DNA from: Botryllus schlosseri
Taxonomy: Eukaryota
Reading direction: 5' to 3'
Length of the DNA: 64,000 bases
NCBI GenBank assembly: GCA_051294905.1
Contig: CM119373.1
Span: 124,001 to 188,000 of the forward strand
This document shows, piece after piece, positions 61,254 to 64,000 of the stretch (positions are counted from its first letter, which is position 1; every line of letters starts with the position of its first letter). Both the position numbers and the translations under genes were made by a program. The notes beneath the pieces are model-generated. The model saw nothing but the letters and a program-made list of their open reading frames with translations, did no database searches and was not told the DNA's origin.

Positions 61254-64000
61254 CCATGTTACGGTCAAAGATGTCTGTTTGTCTATCCCCAAGTCATCTA
61301 TACCCCCACTGAATGTACAGAGTCGGTGCATGACGAGACTTGAGAAGACGAATTTGTCACCCATGATGTTTGTAATGCTAGACACGATGTTATCCATGAT
61401 GTATGTAATGTCATACACCTCGTTTACGTGATTACTTGTGTGGGCAAATAATCGCGAAGTATACTTGATTTGTGCGATGTCTTGTTATTTTCATGGAGAC
61501 ACAGGTTGTGGCATGTTTACTTGAATATGGTTTATCGATTCAGAGTTGATATCCGGATCCGGTTAATTCTTTCTCGGGGTTTCCGATTTCAAACTGAATG
61601 GTGTGGTATGTATTGATCAATAAAGAGCGACACAACATAGTAAACACGTGTGAGATAAATCACAAGTAACCTGGAGTTGTTAGCCCGATGGAAACATAAA
61701 TTCCTCGATTTCCGACCGCCGTTATCTGCGTGCCAAACATTTACCGAAGTCGAGGAGGTGTTTTATTCAGACATTTTGACTCTGGAAAATCCAAAGCACG
61801 AACCGGGACATCGCAGACATGTCGAAACCTATTGTCCAATTTCCAAAACATACACATCGATGTACAACAGCACATTGCATGCGGTTAACTGAGGATTTCG
61901 ATGGGATGCACCAGAACAAGTGAATATGCGATTACACAAATGTATTGGAGTCGTTGTTGGTGTATATTTTGTCGCTGCCTGTTGTAACAATATACAAAAA
62001 TATCAAATTGTCCGGTGTTGTTGTCCGTTTTTAAAACGAAAATGGTATTGTTACCCAGGTAAAAGATAGATTTCCAAGTGAAAACTTTATTGGTACTCAG
62101 GTAAATGATAGTTTTCCAAACGAAAAGGGTTTGTTAGCCAGGGAGAAAATATATTTCTAAAAGAAAATGATTAGTTACTCTAGGTAAAAGTATTTTTCCA
62201 AGTGAAAATGATATTTTTACTCAAGTAAACGACGGACTACCGAGTGAAAATGGTTTGTTGCTCAGAGAAAAAATATATTTCCAAGTGAAAAGGTTTGTAA
62301 CCCAGGGAAAAAATATATTTCCAAGCGAAAAAGGTTTGTTACCCGGGGAAAAAATATATTTCCAAGTGAAAATTGTTTGTTGCTCAGGGAAAAAATATAT
62401 TTCCAAGTGAAAAAGGTTTGTTACCCGGGGAAAAAATATATTTCCAAGTGAAAATGGTTTCTTACTCTGGGTAAACGTCAGATCTCCAAAGGAAAATGAT
62501 ATGTTTAGTCAGGTAAACGATGGACTGTCAAGTGAAAGTGGTAATTTTACATAGGTAAACGTCGTGGGCTCAGTGTCGTTGGTCTTGTTAAACGTAGCTG
62601 TCGAGTTGTACAATATACTTGTCGTGAGTATACAATTACGAAGGGAGAGAATGAAATTGCTATTATGAGTGCCAGAAGGTTGTTGTATGTAGATTTGACA
62701 GTAACCCTATTATTCGCATATGACAAACACAATCATGGCCATTAACTAACTTGCTCGGTCTCGATCAATGCAAAAGAGATGATTCGTTTTTTGAAACCGT
62801 AGCGAAGACCACATGTAAATCTATGCGATAGACTTCTATCTCCTTACATTCAGCCGTGTCGTTTGCATTTTAATACGGACCCCACATGTATGACATGCAC
62901 ATACTAACGCCGTAAACAGAAGTCGATGATTTTGATTATTAAAAATATTTCTTGACTACATCGGAATGTCTATAATGTAGAAAGTAAATACTATCATGGT
63001 GTTGTGTGTTTAATGAAAGCGATTGGTTACAAGTATGTTTTGGGAAAAAAAAATATTTTTCTGTATGTGGCAGTTTGTGAGGAAATGAAAATAGATTGGT
63101 GGTTTTAATTGGATTGTGATTGCACTGTTTTAATGTATGCTTCAACATGGAGACTTGACGCTGAACAACCACTCGATACACTAAACAATTTGTCACTGGT
63201 GTGCAAAGGGTTAGGAAAATTTTAATACAGCTCCATCTACTGGTTGTTTTGTTGTGAGGACAATCATGCGATGACTCGGCACTTTTCGGTAGCAAAGTAG
63301 ATTGATCTCTGTGAAAGATGTAGGGACCGTGACTAGAAAACATATGTACTCTGTTGTTGGAGTATCTGGTTTATTGTTATGACATTGACAGAACCCTCGG
63401 GAAGTGGGTATGCTTTTCTTTCACGAAAGTTTACACGGCTCCGTTGTAATGAATTTCTGTTAACTAAACTTGGATGGATACCGCAACTGTGCTCGACTTA
63501 CACATGGTATTCGCATACTGCACGCATACAAACTTTTGTGTAAACAACTCTGATGTTTCTGTTCGTACTAGTTCTGTGTTGAACTATTTGATTATTAAGA
63601 TACATGAACAACCATTCAGACAATAAAGTTCTTGTGACATCGAAACAGTTTGAAAGTCCCACCAATCATTGTACAGGTTCGTAGCATGGGAATATCGAAT
63701 ATTTTCGTGTGTCATGAATATCTTTCTTATACACTTAGTATGAAATGAGATAATAATTAGTGTCCTACAAAAGTAAAACATGTTGTGTTTGATTGCATAC
63801 TTTTTATCGTTGTTCGTTGTGGTTTTGAAAGATGGATGAGTTAACATTTAAATATAGTAAGCGGAACAACTCAAGTAATAAATTTTACTCGTTTGAAAAT
63901 CGGTTCGTTTGAAAATATCGATCAACGGAGTAACTGTATCAATATGAATGGTATATTATTTTTTGCGATATGTACCAACCTTCTAAGTATAACTTGTCAA
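61254..64000 (-). repeat. right arm of large inverted repeat 2, continuing past the window end
   Basis: reverse complement of 57521-60267 with a few substitutions and no net indel. Confidence 0.96.

Larger units (their letters stand above)
53781..64000. mobile_element. large insertion with a Polinton/Maverick-like terminus; probably a non-autonomous palindromic derivative
   Basis: begins AGTAGTTATATAG where the hAT element breaks off; GC-rich subterminal tandem repeats; no host MITE or SINE seen in 10 kb; no pPolB, integrase or capsid ORF recognised. Confidence 0.55.

Overview
AT-rich, repeat-dense eukaryotic DNA; the TE content and spliceosomal introns suggest an invertebrate animal, but the species cannot be determined. 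Bases 1-36 kb are mostly a nest of transposable elements: at least 15 non-autonomous hAT elements with 8-bp TSDs, two tRNA-derived SINE families, a 2.4-kb tandem duplication, an inverted pair of Penelope-like (GIY-YIG) fragments whose ends carry minimal type-I hammerhead ribozymes, a decayed L1/Tx1 LINE and a loop-less 106-bp palindrome. Bases 36.8-52.6 kb form a ~15.8-kb inverted duplication centred on the only clear host gene, a spliced Mcl-1-like Bcl-2-family gene (194 aa). It faces a convergent, near-identical truncated copy that keeps BH3 and BH1 but lacks BH2 and the TM anchor. From 53781 to the window end lies a MITE-free insertion that starts with a Polinton/Maverick-like AGTAGT terminus and is itself a large palindrome (axis ~60760) running out of the window. 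All comparisons were made by eye; no alignments or database searches were run.
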